DNA from: a bacterium
GTDB lineage: Bacteria; JAJVIF01; JAPKYR01
Assembly: GCA_026394215.1 (NCBI GenBank)
Contig: JAPKYR010000154.1
Coordinates: forward strand, 1 to 48,614
Direction: 5' to 3'
Length of the DNA stretch: 48,614 nt
The translations under genes were made by a program, and so were the position numbers. Under the pieces are notes generated by a model that worked only from the letters and a program-made list of their open reading frames with translations, did no database searches and was not told the origin of the DNA. Shown piece after piece: positions 1-9,479 of the stretch; position 1 is the stretch's first letter; each line of letters begins with the position of its first letter.

Positions 1-2266
1 TCCCTTTACGGGTTCTACGTTCGACGAATTCGCCGTCGCAGCCTTCGCGTATACATTTGACGCCGACAGTGTAAGCAAGGATACCGTCGCAATCGGGATA
101 CTTCTCGCATCCCCAGAACCGCCCGGATCTGCTTCGTCTCAGTACCATTTTTGAGCTGCATTTAGGGCATGGATTTTCGGAATAGACAACCTCGCGTTTG
201 GCGGTCCCTTCGCCAGGGGTTTCAGGTCCTGCAGGTCCGGAATTCTCAAGAGATTGTGTGTATCGGCAATCCGGGAATCCGGTGCAGGCGACAAATTTCC
301 CATATCGCCCGTATTTCATTACAAGTTCCTTGCCGCACTTGGGACATTTATCTTCCAGAGTTTCGGGAGCTTCTGTCTGCTGTTTCGGGGAGATTGATGC
401 TCTCCAGTCGCAGTCGGGATAACGCGTGCATGCGAAAAACGCGCCATATCGTCCATTCCTGATCGCGATCGGAGCCTGGCATTTCGGGCATTCCATGTCA
501 AGAGCGGTCCTGAGATCCTCCAGGAACGGGATATAGAATTCCCTTACGCTCTCGACCCAGCCTTTGTCCCCTGACTGAACCAGGTCGAGGTTATCCTCCA
601 TAGTGGCGGTGAATCCTTCATTGATAATGTCGGAGAATTTATCCAGAAGGAGTTTATTCACCTGTCTGCCGAGTGGTGTCGGTTTGAAACTTTGTCCTTC
701 GCGCGTAACATACTTACGGTCGATGATGGTCGAGATTGTCGGCGCGTAGGTGGACGGCCGTCCGATACCCTGTTCTTCGAGGGTTTTTACGAGGCTTGCG
801 GTCGTGAAGCGTGGTGGCGGTTTAGTGAAATGCTGCTCGGGAAGGAATTCCTCGGCGTTGAGCGATTCTCCTGCGGCCAGGGGCGGAAGAGGCTGCAGGT
901 CATTGCCGTTATTCTGGTTTCGGACGGGGAACACGACTCTGAAACCGTCGAACGCGATGGTTGTATGAGTGGATCGGAAGAGGTAGCGTCCACCCGCTAT
1001 TTCCGCGGTCAGTTGTTCATCCTGGCCGGGAGTCATCTGACTTGAGATAAAACGTGTCCAGATCAGGTTATAAAGCTTGTATTGCTCATCGTTCAGATAG
1101 CGTTTGACCTCTTCGGGAGCCCTTGACGGGACTGTCGGCCTGATAGCCTCATGAGCGTCCTGAGCGCGTTTTTTGGATTTATAAATATTCGGCGAATCGG
1201 GAAGATATTTCGGGCCGAATTTTTCCCTTATAAGTTCGCGGGTTAAATCCACTGCCTCTTCAGAAACTCGTACCGAGTCGGTTCTCATGTAGGTAATGAG
1301 GCCTTCCTCGCCGCCCTCTCCGACATCGATACCCTCGTAAAGCTGCTGGGCGATCGTCATGGTTTTTCTGGCGGTATAATTAAGGCGTTTTGAGGCTTCC
1401 TGCTGAAGAGTGGACGTAATAAACGGCGCGTATGGACGTTTGGTGATCGTTTTTGTGTTGACATTGTCGACCTTAAAAATCAGGCTAGCTAGTTCGCGGA
1501 CGATTTTTTCGGTGGTTTCGCCATTTTCTATCTTAATTGGCTCACCGTCGATTTTTACCAGGCTGGATTGAAAGGGCGCGAACTGTCCGTCGGTTTTTCT
1601 GAACATTGCGTCGATAGTCCAGTATTCCTCGGGCACGAATTTTTCGATTTCGTCTTCGCGGTCGCAAATCAGTTTTGCTGCTACCGACTGGACACGCCCG
1701 GCGCTAAGGCCGCTCGCGAGCTCGCGCCATAAGTACGGGGACAGGTTGTAACCGACAAGGCGGTCGAGAATACGTCGCGCCTGCTGCGCATCGACCTTGT
1801 TTTGATCGATCTCACGAGGTGAAGCCATCGCCGCTTTGACGGCCCTTCGAGTGACTTCGTTAAATTCAACGCGTTTGGTGATTTCGGGCCTTTTCAGGAT
1901 ATGGTCTAGATGCCACGCGATTGCTTCCCCTTCGCGGTCGGGGTCGGTTGCTATGTAAATCTGGGAAGCTTTCTTAGCGGCATCTTTTATATCCTGGACA
2001 ATGTCGCGGCGGTCGCGGTTAGTCACATAATTCGGCTTGAAATCATGTTCAAGGTCGATGCCGAGGGAGGTTTTCGGGAGGTCGCGAACATGGCCCAGGC
2101 AGGCTTTGACGTTATAGGAACGTCCGAGATACCTCGCGACGGTTTTTGCCTTTGCCTTGCTCTCGACAATTACAAGGGGTCGACCGGACTTCACGGATCG
2201 TTTTTTCCGGGTTTTAGAACCGGTAGTTTCCTGTTCCTCGTCGAAATCTTCAGGTTCTTCTGTCAT
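1..2266 (-). CDS. topA: DNA topoisomerase I (type IA); 3' end runs off the window
   Basis: Manual translation from ATG at 2266: [13 protein letters not shown] (Toprim), [35 protein letters not shown], and C-terminal Zn ribbons ([27 protein letters not shown]). Absent from the ORF track, presumably because it has no stop inside the window. Confidence 0.97.
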   Translation of the reverse strand, partial: [755 protein letters not shown]

Positions 2267-2352
2267 GTAGCACCTTATACCAGTATTTAGTAATTTCCTG
2301 GGAGCCTATCTAATTAGTATCGGAAATTCTAAGGCTGCCAATAGCTCGACAT

Positions 2353-2380
2353 ATCCTAACCAATAATTCAAGCCTGTCAA
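2353..2380 (-). promoter_or_regulatory. Probable sigma70 promoter of topA
   Basis: Minus strand TTGACA-16 nt-TAGGAT, about 90 nt upstream of the topA ATG. Confidence 0.5.
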
Positions 2381-2571
2381 CTACCTTGGTGTAAATAGAC
2401 CCCGAAATCAACAGATTTAGGGTTATTCAGGCAGGATTTGTCCAGATATTGCACGTATAATAGATTTTTTGGAATTTTTCAATGAACATTATACTTATAG
2501 AATCATACAGTGTAATTATCACCCGAAAAGGCCGGAATGATTCCGGATATTGCCCGGTTTTTCACAATTGA

Positions 2572-3774
2572 CTATTCGGCGTCCGGTTGGATTTCGGGTG
2601 TCGAATGGTTCCTGGAGGGCTTGACGGGACGGACAAACCTGCTTCCGGGCAGTTCCTTTATCAGCCCTCTGGTTTGAAGGATAAGAAGAGTTGAAAGGAC
2701 TCTGCGAGCAGGAAGGCCGACGGTTCTGACGATATCGTCGGTATCGCGCGCATCGAGTCCGACCACATCGAACACAATTTTCTCGTCGCCTGCGAGAGTC
2801 GGAATTATCTGTTCGTGGCCGGAATTATCGCCCTCGACCACAGTCAGGCCGAATCGGATCGGGATGTCGAATGGGTCGAGAACCAGATGCGCTCCGTCCT
2901 GAATCAGCTTGTTGCATCCATCGGACCTTTTGTCCGTCAGGCGTCCCGGCACCGCGAATACCTCTTTCCCGTTCTGAAGCGCGAGGTCGGATGTGATAAG
3001 AGCGCCGGATTTTTCGGGGGCTTCGACGACCAGTGTGCCGCGTGCGAGTGCGGCGATTATCCTGTTTCGGGCCGGGAAGTTGTATTTTTCGGGGATGGTT
3101 CCGATTGGAAATTCCGAGATCAATGCGCCAAAACCGGGGATTTTTCCAAACAGTGTGTTATTTTCAGCCGGGAAAACCACATCGATTCCGCATCCGAGAA
3201 CGGCGAAGGTTTTTCCATCCGCCTGGATCGCGGCATGATGGGCGATCGAGTCGATACCTCTCGCGCCGCCGGAAATTATCGTGAATCCCATACTTGAAAG
3301 CTGCCAGGAGAATTGTTCGGTAATCATCCTGCCATAATCGGAATAAACCCGTGTGCCGACAATGGCGATTGAGGTTTTATAATCGTATGTGATATCGCCT
3401 TTGACATAGAGCACCGGAGGGGGGTCGTAAATTTCCCTTAGTTCCATGGGGTAGCGTTTATCGAAAAAAGTGATTATTTTTACGTCGCTGGGGATTTTCG
3501 CTTTTTCCGTGCCGGGTTTCAGCTCCTCGACTTTTTCAAGATATTTCAGGCGGATGGATTCGGCCCAGTCGGTGAAATTTTCGAGGTCGGACGCTTTCGC
3601 GTTATAGATGCTCCGGAAATTCGGGAAGATGGTTTTCAGACGCCGGAACTGCAGGCGGAATGAGTTCAATGTGTTCAATTCGAGGGCAAGGGAAATTTCC
3701 TCATCTGTGGATTCCCAGACAATGTCGGGTTTTTCGGATTCGAACAGGGACTGCTGGTTCATTAGTGTCTGCAT
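2572..3774 (-). CDS. dprA: DNA-processing protein DprA
   Basis: YPxxLREIYDPPPVLYVKG, IAIVGTR, IISGGARGID, FPARNRIIAAL, SGALIT, VFAVPG and a C-terminal winged helix; typical dprA-topA order. Confidence 0.97.
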   Translation of the reverse strand: MQTLMNQQSLFESEKPDIVWESTDEEISLALELNTLNSFRLQFRRLKTIFPNFRSIYNAKASDLENFTDWAESIRLKYLEKVEELKPGTEKAKIPSDVKIITFFDKRYPMELREIYDPPPVLYVKGDITYDYKTSIAIVGTRVYSDYGRMITEQFSWQLSSMGFTIISGGARGIDSIAHHAAIQADGKTFAVLGCGIDVVFPAENNTLFGKIPGFGALISEFPIGTIPEKYNFPARNRIIAALARGTLVVEAPEKSGALITSDLALQNGKEVFAVPGRLTDKRSDGCNKLIQDGAHLVLDPFDIPIRFGLTVVEGDNSGHEQIIPTLAGDEKIVFDVVGLDARDTDDIVRTVGLPARRVLSTLLILQTRGLIKELPGSRFVRPVKPSRNHSTPEIQPDAE

Positions 3775-3886
3775 AGGTGACTCCCGTACCGAAATTTTGG
3801 GTCGGTATAAGTTAAACGGACGGGAAAGCGGAAAGCTGACATGATTTAGCCTTTTTTTATCGGGAAAATAGGATAGAATAAACCTG

Positions 3887-5011
3887 ATGCCTGACAGGAC
3901 GAAAAAGAAGCAACCGGGATTATCACTCTACGATCTCACGCCGACCGAGCTCGAGAGCTTTTTCCTGTCGATTGGCGAAAAGCCGTATCGCGCGCGACAG
4001 GTGCTTGACTTTCTGTACAGGCATCCGGTCGAACGTTTTGACGAGATGACCACACTGTCGAAAGAGTTAAGGGACAGGTTATCCGAAACAGTGAGGCTGG
4101 CGCCGATCACCCTTCGCGCGACGGTTGAATCGGAAGACGGGACGATCAAGCACGGCTACGAGGTTTCTGATCCAGCGAGGAATAAGATCTACCTCGAAAG
4201 TGTCTGGATGCCTGCCGACAATACGGATGTCGGCGATTCGGATTACGGGGGCGGGCAAGTCCAACCCGATCGCATAGCGCTATGTATTTCATCGCAGCTC
4301 GGATGCGCGGCGGGATGCACATTCTGCGCGACCGGGATGGCCGGGCTGAAAGGACAACTGACGACTGGGGAGATTATTTATCAAGTTGTGCATGCGCGGA
4401 AGCTCTACGGGAAACTTCCCGATTCGGTGCTTTTCATGGGGATGGGCGAGCCGATGCATAATTATGAGGCGGTCGTATCGGCAATTGAGATTCTGACGAG
4501 TGAGGCCGGGATGGCCTTGTCGCCAAGGCGGATAGTGGTATCGACTTGCGGCGAGATTGAAAAGCTACGGGAGTTTCGCGCAAAATTTCCAAAAGTAAGA
4601 ATTGCGATAAGCCTGAACGCCGCGTCGGACACGCTGCGGACGTCATAGATGCCGATTAATGCGACATACGATCTGAAATCGGTCCTGGAATTCATAAAGG
4701 ATCAGGACACAACGGGTCGGGAAAAATCGGGACGGGACAAGATCACGCTCGAGTATGTGGTTCTTGCGGGATTAAACGACACGCAGGATCAGATAAAAAG
4801 GTTGTCGGAATTGCTCCGTCCGTTCGCGAGGAATGTGAAGTTGAATCTGATACCGTACAACCGTGTGGAGGGGCTGGATTACAAGTCGCCGAAGATTCAG
4901 GGGGTATTTGAAATTCAGGAGTACCTTGTCGGCTGCGGTATAAGCACGTTTATACGTAAGAACCGCGGCCGTGAAGCATCGGCGGCATGCGGGCAATTAT
5001 CGGGGAGATAG
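3887..5011 (+). pseudogene. rlmN: Dual-specificity RNA methyltransferase RlmN, interrupted by an in-frame TAG at 4646-4648
   Basis: CISSQLGCAAGCTFCATG (radical SAM CxxxCxxC), FMGMGEP, SLNA...LRTS*MPIN, EYVVL, NLIPYN, AACGQL. The two track ORFs are contiguous and in frame. Identity is secure; pseudogene versus sequence error versus readthrough is unresolved. Confidence 0.85.
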
Positions 5012-5050
5012 GGTGTGTAGCCATCAAATGAATTGCCTGGCCACTAAAAC

Positions 5051-5404
5051 TTAATCAGGCTTATCCAAATCGCTGATAATACTCCTCACACCTTTGACTA
5101 TTACCGGTAGTTCGTTTTTAACAATATCCCATATAATATTTATCGAAATCTCGAAATACTGGTGAGCAAGCCTGTCCCTGAGACCTTTCATCTCTTTCCA
5201 TGGGATCTGAGGATATTCTTTGCAAAATTCATCGGGAAGTTTTTTCGCGGCTTCACCCATGATTTCAAGGTTCCGGACCACAGCATCCTGCGTCCATTCG
5301 TCATTTTCAAGCTCACTAATATCCCGAACATTCCTTGTGTTTTCTAGGACTCTCTCCGCCCTCTCAAGAATATCAACGAGATAATCTCTAAAATCCCTCG
5401 ACAT
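5051..5404 (-). CDS. HEPN/DUF86 family RNase toxin (HepT-like)
   Basis: DAVVRNLEIMGEA, IPWKEMKGLRDRLAHQYF (RxxxxH motif); overlaps the upstream MNT gene. Confidence 0.92.
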   Translation of the reverse strand: MSRDFRDYLVDILERAERVLENTRNVRDISELENDEWTQDAVVRNLEIMGEAAKKLPDEFCKEYPQIPWKEMKGLRDRLAHQYFEISINIIWDIVKNELPVIVKGVRSIISDLDKPD

Positions 5405-5681
5405 AGCGCACCTCGCTGAAAATCCTCTCGCGCGACCTCTCCCTGACCGTCCCGATCAGCACAAGGTCCACATTCCGATTGAAAATTTCCTCAAGAAGGA
5501 AACACAATCCCATGTACACCCTGAAAGTCTCATTTTCGAGTTGGACAAGAAAATCGATGTCGCTTTCATCGGTGGCTTCACCGCGAACAACAGAGCCGAA
5601 AACACCGAGTTTTTTAACTCCGAAAGCCTTTATTGCTTCCCTGTTCCGCTCGATTTTTTTTATTACTTCTTCCAGGGTCAT
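5388..5681 (-). CDS. Minimal nucleotidyltransferase antitoxin (MntA-like)
   Basis: GVFGSVVRGEATDESDIDFLV (GS-x10-DxD) and VDLV; start moved to ATG 5681, which has GAGG upstream. Confidence 0.92.
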   Translation of the reverse strand: MTLEEVIKKIERNREAIKAFGVKKLGVFGSVVRGEATDESDIDFLVQLENETFRVYMGLCFLLEEIFNRNVDLVLIGTVRERSRERIFSEVRYVEGF

Positions 5682-5870
5682 TTTATTTTCCTCATGTCCG
5701 ATACAATGATAGCATGTCGGGGGGGAAGTCGGAAGATAAAGATGGAGATGGGTGCGGTTGAAGTAGGGGAATGGTTTCAACCAAGAGTTATTGTCGAACC
5801 CATGATATTTGAAAAATTCTCTTGCGGTCCGGGAAATAAGGGTTTATTATCTATTCAATAAGGAGGCTTT

Positions 5871-5978
5871 ATGAAACTCGGATATGGTGCAGCTTATGGT
5901 ATAGTACTTTGGATTGTTTTTTGGATCCTATGGGCTGCTATAGAACTAGGTAAGTTATCTTGCGCCGCAGGTTACTGA
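5871..5978 (+). CDS. Putative 35-aa single-TM small protein
   Basis: TAAGGAGG Shine-Dalgarno just before ATG 5871; MKLGYGAAYGIVLWIVFWILWAAIELGKLSCAAGY*. Below the ORF-track size cutoff. Confidence 0.5.
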   Translation: MKLGYGAAYGIVLWIVFWILWAAIELGKLSCAAGY

Positions 5979-6085
5979 ATATTTGCGACAGAAGATCGGC
6001 GACAAGCACATGACGCGGGGGAGGGTATCTGAGATTCAGGCATTGATCAGGCGTCACTTAGCTTGTCACCGGCAACCGCTTCCAC

Positions 6086-6949
6086 TTAATTCACAATCTT
6101 AATCTCTTTTGGGGCATATTCCGGCAGATATGCTTGAATTGGTGGCTGTTGCCCTGTCAGCAATGTATATGCCTTCGCATTAAGGTATTTCTCAAGCTGA
6201 TTGCGTATTATTGCCAGAGCACTGCCATCGACCTTGAATGTCAATTTAGACATAGTGTTTTTTACACAGTTTATAGGGAGCATCTTCATTTTTTGTCGAT
6301 ATTTTATGCTCAGCTTTAAATTATAATTTCCTTCTTCAATTTGGACCTTATCCATTAGGCTATCAACTGCTCTTTTAATGACGGGTTTCACTTCCAAGTC
6401 GACATTACGGACAGTTTCTTCTGACCAGGGTGTTGGAGCTCCGACATACTGTCGAGTAACTTCAGATAATTTCTCATTGATATCAGCAAATAATCTTTCA
6501 GTTTGCATGTCATATGACTGATACGTACATAAGTATACCACTCTCTCCATATTATTTTCGGGGACAAAATAGGTAGGACTTGACGAGTAAAAATAATATT
6601 CATGCCCATCACCCACAATCCTCTGTTTCTCTCCTATTTGTCGGATGCGAAGCTGCAAGCTTTTTCGCGACGCCCCATCACTTTTTTCTAACTCTATACT
6701 AACATCCTGAACAAGTGCTCCGGAATCATTGGCGATTAGTATTGCATTTACATAAAGTGATTCACCGTTTTCAAGTAATCTGAAAAATAATTCATCGGTC
6801 AGCACTAATTTAAGATAAGGCGAACGCCATAAACGAATTAACACGTCAACAATTAATGCAATTGTGGCCCCGAGTCCTAAATACACAGACAACATTACTA
6901 GCCAGTAGGGAATTAATTGCTGAGAAGTCTGATCAAGCTGGTCCATCAT
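6086..6949 (-). CDS. Hypothetical protein with N-terminal TM helix
   Basis: 287-aa ORF; hydrophobic YWLVMLSVYLGLGATIALIVDVLI; ATGA overlap with the upstream gene; AT-rich. Confidence 0.8.
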   Translation of the reverse strand: MMDQLDQTSQQLIPYWLVMLSVYLGLGATIALIVDVLIRLWRSPYLKLVLTDELFFRLLENGESLYVNAILIANDSGALVQDVSIELEKSDGASRKSLQLRIRQIGEKQRIVGDGHEYYFYSSSPTYFVPENNMERVVYLCTYQSYDMQTERLFADINEKLSEVTRQYVGAPTPWSEETVRNVDLEVKPVIKRAVDSLMDKVQIEEGNYNLKLSIKYRQKMKMLPINCVKNTMSKLTFKVDGSALAIIRNQLEKYLNAKAYTLLTGQQPPIQAYLPEYAPKEIKIVN

Positions 6950-7374
6950 ATCCTCCCAATTGGATCGCCCTCTTGTACTAGCATCTCAATGTTGATGCCA
7001 AGCAAATTATCTTGGTCAATTTCAGCGGACCATGGTCCTGGGATTTCCTGAACAACTTCCTTTGTTTCGCCCGCGATTTGTGCTGCAAAGCCAAGCAGGG
7101 CATGCTGATAGCGACTTGGAACTGTTACTCTGGTGACCTCTCTCTTAATTTCTCGAAAGCGTTCGACAAGGTAAACTTGGAGTTCCTGAGGGCATACGAC
7201 GCGAAGCTCACCTTTGGGGATTACAATATTCTGTATACCTGCTTTTTCCAATAGTCTAGGATCAGTTACCTGCGAGAATACTGTTACCAATTCACCTTTG
7301 TTAAGAGGCTGTTCTGAAGAAATGAGAAGGTACTTGTCATCAAGAATCGCTTGGACTTTTCCAAATGTAACCAT
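6946..7374 (-). CDS. Hypothetical protein
   Basis: 142-aa ORF with AAGGAGG SD; beta-rich N-terminus GKVQAILDDKYLLI and C-terminal VQEGDPI. Confidence 0.8.
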   Translation of the reverse strand: MVTFGKVQAILDDKYLLISSEQPLNKGELVTVFSQVTDPRLLEKAGIQNIVIPKGELRVVCPQELQVYLVERFREIKREVTRVTVPSRYQHALLGFAAQIAGETKEVVQEIPGPWSAEIDQDNLLGINIEMLVQEGDPIGRI

Positions 7375-7612
7375 ACTTTCCTCCTTAACAACTTGATATA
7401 ATCAGCAAATAATTTCCACAATCTTTGTGAAGCGAGCGGTATGGAAGCCATTTTGTAAATTATAACTTATTCTCGGAAACAAATCCATTTATATCAACCC
7501 TGCCCTTTTAAACGCCTCACCACGCCATCTTACAAAATACTCATAAACAAACAACTAATCCAGCTGGTCCCCTGTATTTAAAAATATTATTACTTTCAAT
7601 TTTATCAGCAAC

Positions 7613-8539
7613 CTACAATCCCGTCAGCGACTTGAGTAGGAACCTGGTCTGTTCCGCGAAGACGCCCTTCAATATTAAATCCGCAATCACTAAGATCAGT
7701 CCGACGACAATCCCCGACAAAATCGATTTCGCATTTGCGGGGGCGCGGAAGCCTTTCAGTACCCACTGGAATAGCGAGGATGCGATGGTGATGAATCCCA
7801 TCACACGTAGCACCGACCAGAAATGCCACGCGATCGGAAGGACCAGGAGCGGATTGCCAGATAGCAACATACACTGCGCCACATAGTAATTCATATAATT
7901 CAACTGGAAAACCCCAAGCATGAGCGCCGGAAGTCCGAGCAGAATCGCGCCGACCGAGACCGCGAGAAGGTGCTGCACGTGGATCGGGATGTAGAGGATG
8001 GGGTTCCCCTCAGGGCCGGAGCCGGTCGCGATCCAGGTTCGCATCGTGTCCCAGTAAAGCGAAGCGTGCCAGATTAATTTTTCGGATTCCCTTGGATATA
8101 GATAGCACATCGAGATCATTATTATGCTTTCCCAGATCGCCCAGAGGAACATGTCGAGGATGCCGTCCGCAAGACGTCCGCGCTTGAGATGCATCATCAA
8201 CACTATCCACGGCGGGAGGGAAATTATCAGCGCCACGATAATATGTACTTTATTCAGTCCACGGATTATCGGGGTTGAATCGACCCAGACCGACCACGGC
8301 AGAAGAAACGCGGCCATGATCGGAAGCCAGACGAGAAAGACGACGCCCGCCATGTCGGCGAACACCATTTTCATCGGAGGCGGCAGCGGTGCAACAAGGG
8401 ATTCGCCAAGGCCTCCGTAGCCGCCCCCTGGATCATAAACTGTCTGACCCTCCGTGACTGGCTCGGTATGGTCATCGAGTTTCGGAATCCACGGCGGCGT
8501 CGGTTTGAATTCGGCGTTGTTGTTATTGTCTTGTTCCAT
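7613..8539 (-). CDS. Polytopic membrane protein (possibly SpoIIM-like)
   Basis: 308 aa; low-complexity N-terminus followed by many hydrophobic segments. Confidence 0.75.
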   Translation of the reverse strand: MEQDNNNNAEFKPTPPWIPKLDDHTEPVTEGQTVYDPGGGYGGLGESLVAPLPPPMKMVFADMAGVVFLVWLPIMAAFLLPWSVWVDSTPIIRGLNKVHIIVALIISLPPWIVLMMHLKRGRLADGILDMFLWAIWESIIMISMCYLYPRESEKLIWHASLYWDTMRTWIATGSGPEGNPILYIPIHVQHLLAVSVGAILLGLPALMLGVFQLNYMNYYVAQCMLLSGNPLLVLPIAWHFWSVLRVMGFITIASSLFQWVLKGFRAPANAKSILSGIVVGLILVIADLILKGVFAEQTRFLLKSLTGL

Positions 8540-8589
8540 GCGATTGTCCCCCGGCTGTTTATGTCTGATTTAATATCCTTAAATCCGGT

Positions 8590-9333
8590 TCAGAATAGAA
8601 TAGCATAAACTCCTATCGCGACACCCGCTCCGATTACCGTATTGATAAAATTCGTGACCTCGTTGTTGATGAACGACAACTGCTCGATCGTGCTCCCGAT
8701 AATGCTCTCAAGCGTGTTTCCGACAAAAGCCGCGATAACCACAGCGACAAGTCCCTGCCATCCGATTGTCACACCGGTGACCATCGCGACGGCTGCGAGG
8801 ATCAGGCTCGCGACAATCCCCGCAAAAGTCCCCTCAAGGCTTACAGCGCCTTCGGTTCCGGGGGGGACGCGCTTGAAACTTGTGAGGAGGATCGTCGTTT
8901 TTCCGTACGCCTGCACTATCTCACTCGACGCGGTATCGGACAGTGCGGTTGCAAATGCGCCCGCGACTCCGACCATGAAAAATTGAAGAAGTGTTTCATT
9001 CCCACCGAGTGAGCCAAGGAATCCGACCAGTCCCATCGCAAGCGCGGCGGAGCAGTTGGCGATCGCATGTTTCGCGCCGCGTTTTCCCTGATCTTCCTGC
9101 GCGATTCCTTTCGCAGCTTTTTCTTTGTATTTTACTTTTGTGACGAGTGTTCCAAGAATGAAGAATGTCACTAGGACTACATAGCCGTTCCAGCCGGTAA
9201 GGAAGAAAATCAGGGCACCGACGATGAATCCGCCTATCGCGCCGGATTTGGAAATTTGTTTCGCGAAGTATGTGGCGGCGGCGATAATCGCGTTGATAGC
9301 GACAGCCAGCAGCAATTGAGTGAGGAGGTTCAT
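8590..9333 (-). CDS. DUF92/TMEM19 family membrane protein
   Basis: SGAIGG, GKRGAKHAIAN, ATALSDTASSEI, VPPGTEGAVSLEGT, GNTLESIIGST, NEVTNF; start at ATG 9333 preferred. Confidence 0.92.
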   Translation of the reverse strand: MNLLTQLLLAVAINAIIAAATYFAKQISKSGAIGGFIVGALIFFLTGWNGYVVLVTFFILGTLVTKVKYKEKAAKGIAQEDQGKRGAKHAIANCSAALAMGLVGFLGSLGGNETLLQFFMVGVAGAFATALSDTASSEIVQAYGKTTILLTSFKRVPPGTEGAVSLEGTFAGIVASLILAAVAMVTGVTIGWQGLVAVVIAAFVGNTLESIIGSTIEQLSFINNEVTNFINTVIGAGVAIGVYAILF

Positions 9334-9479
9334 AGGGTAATAAGTATAGTCTGGAATTGGTCGATGGGGCAAATAAGTGTTACGTTAAAAAAATCACAGG
9401 GGATTAAATCCGATTAAACATAATTCTGTGCTATTCAAGGACACTAAATATATTGAAGGCGCGTAAAAGGGGCTACGGA

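Noticed and set aside
169-2290. Several short track ORFs on both strands
   Set aside because: They overlap the continuous topA frame on the minus strand.
4646-4648. Pyrrolysine or genome-wide TAG recoding
   Set aside because: No pyl genes or suppressor tRNA in the window, TAG ends other genes normally, and the site is a conserved Leu one base from TTG. Kept only as a minor alternative.
5980-6085. Integron attC site after the AT-rich genes
   Set aside because: No RYYYAAC/GTTRRRY ends frame the hairpin, and there is no integron integrase.
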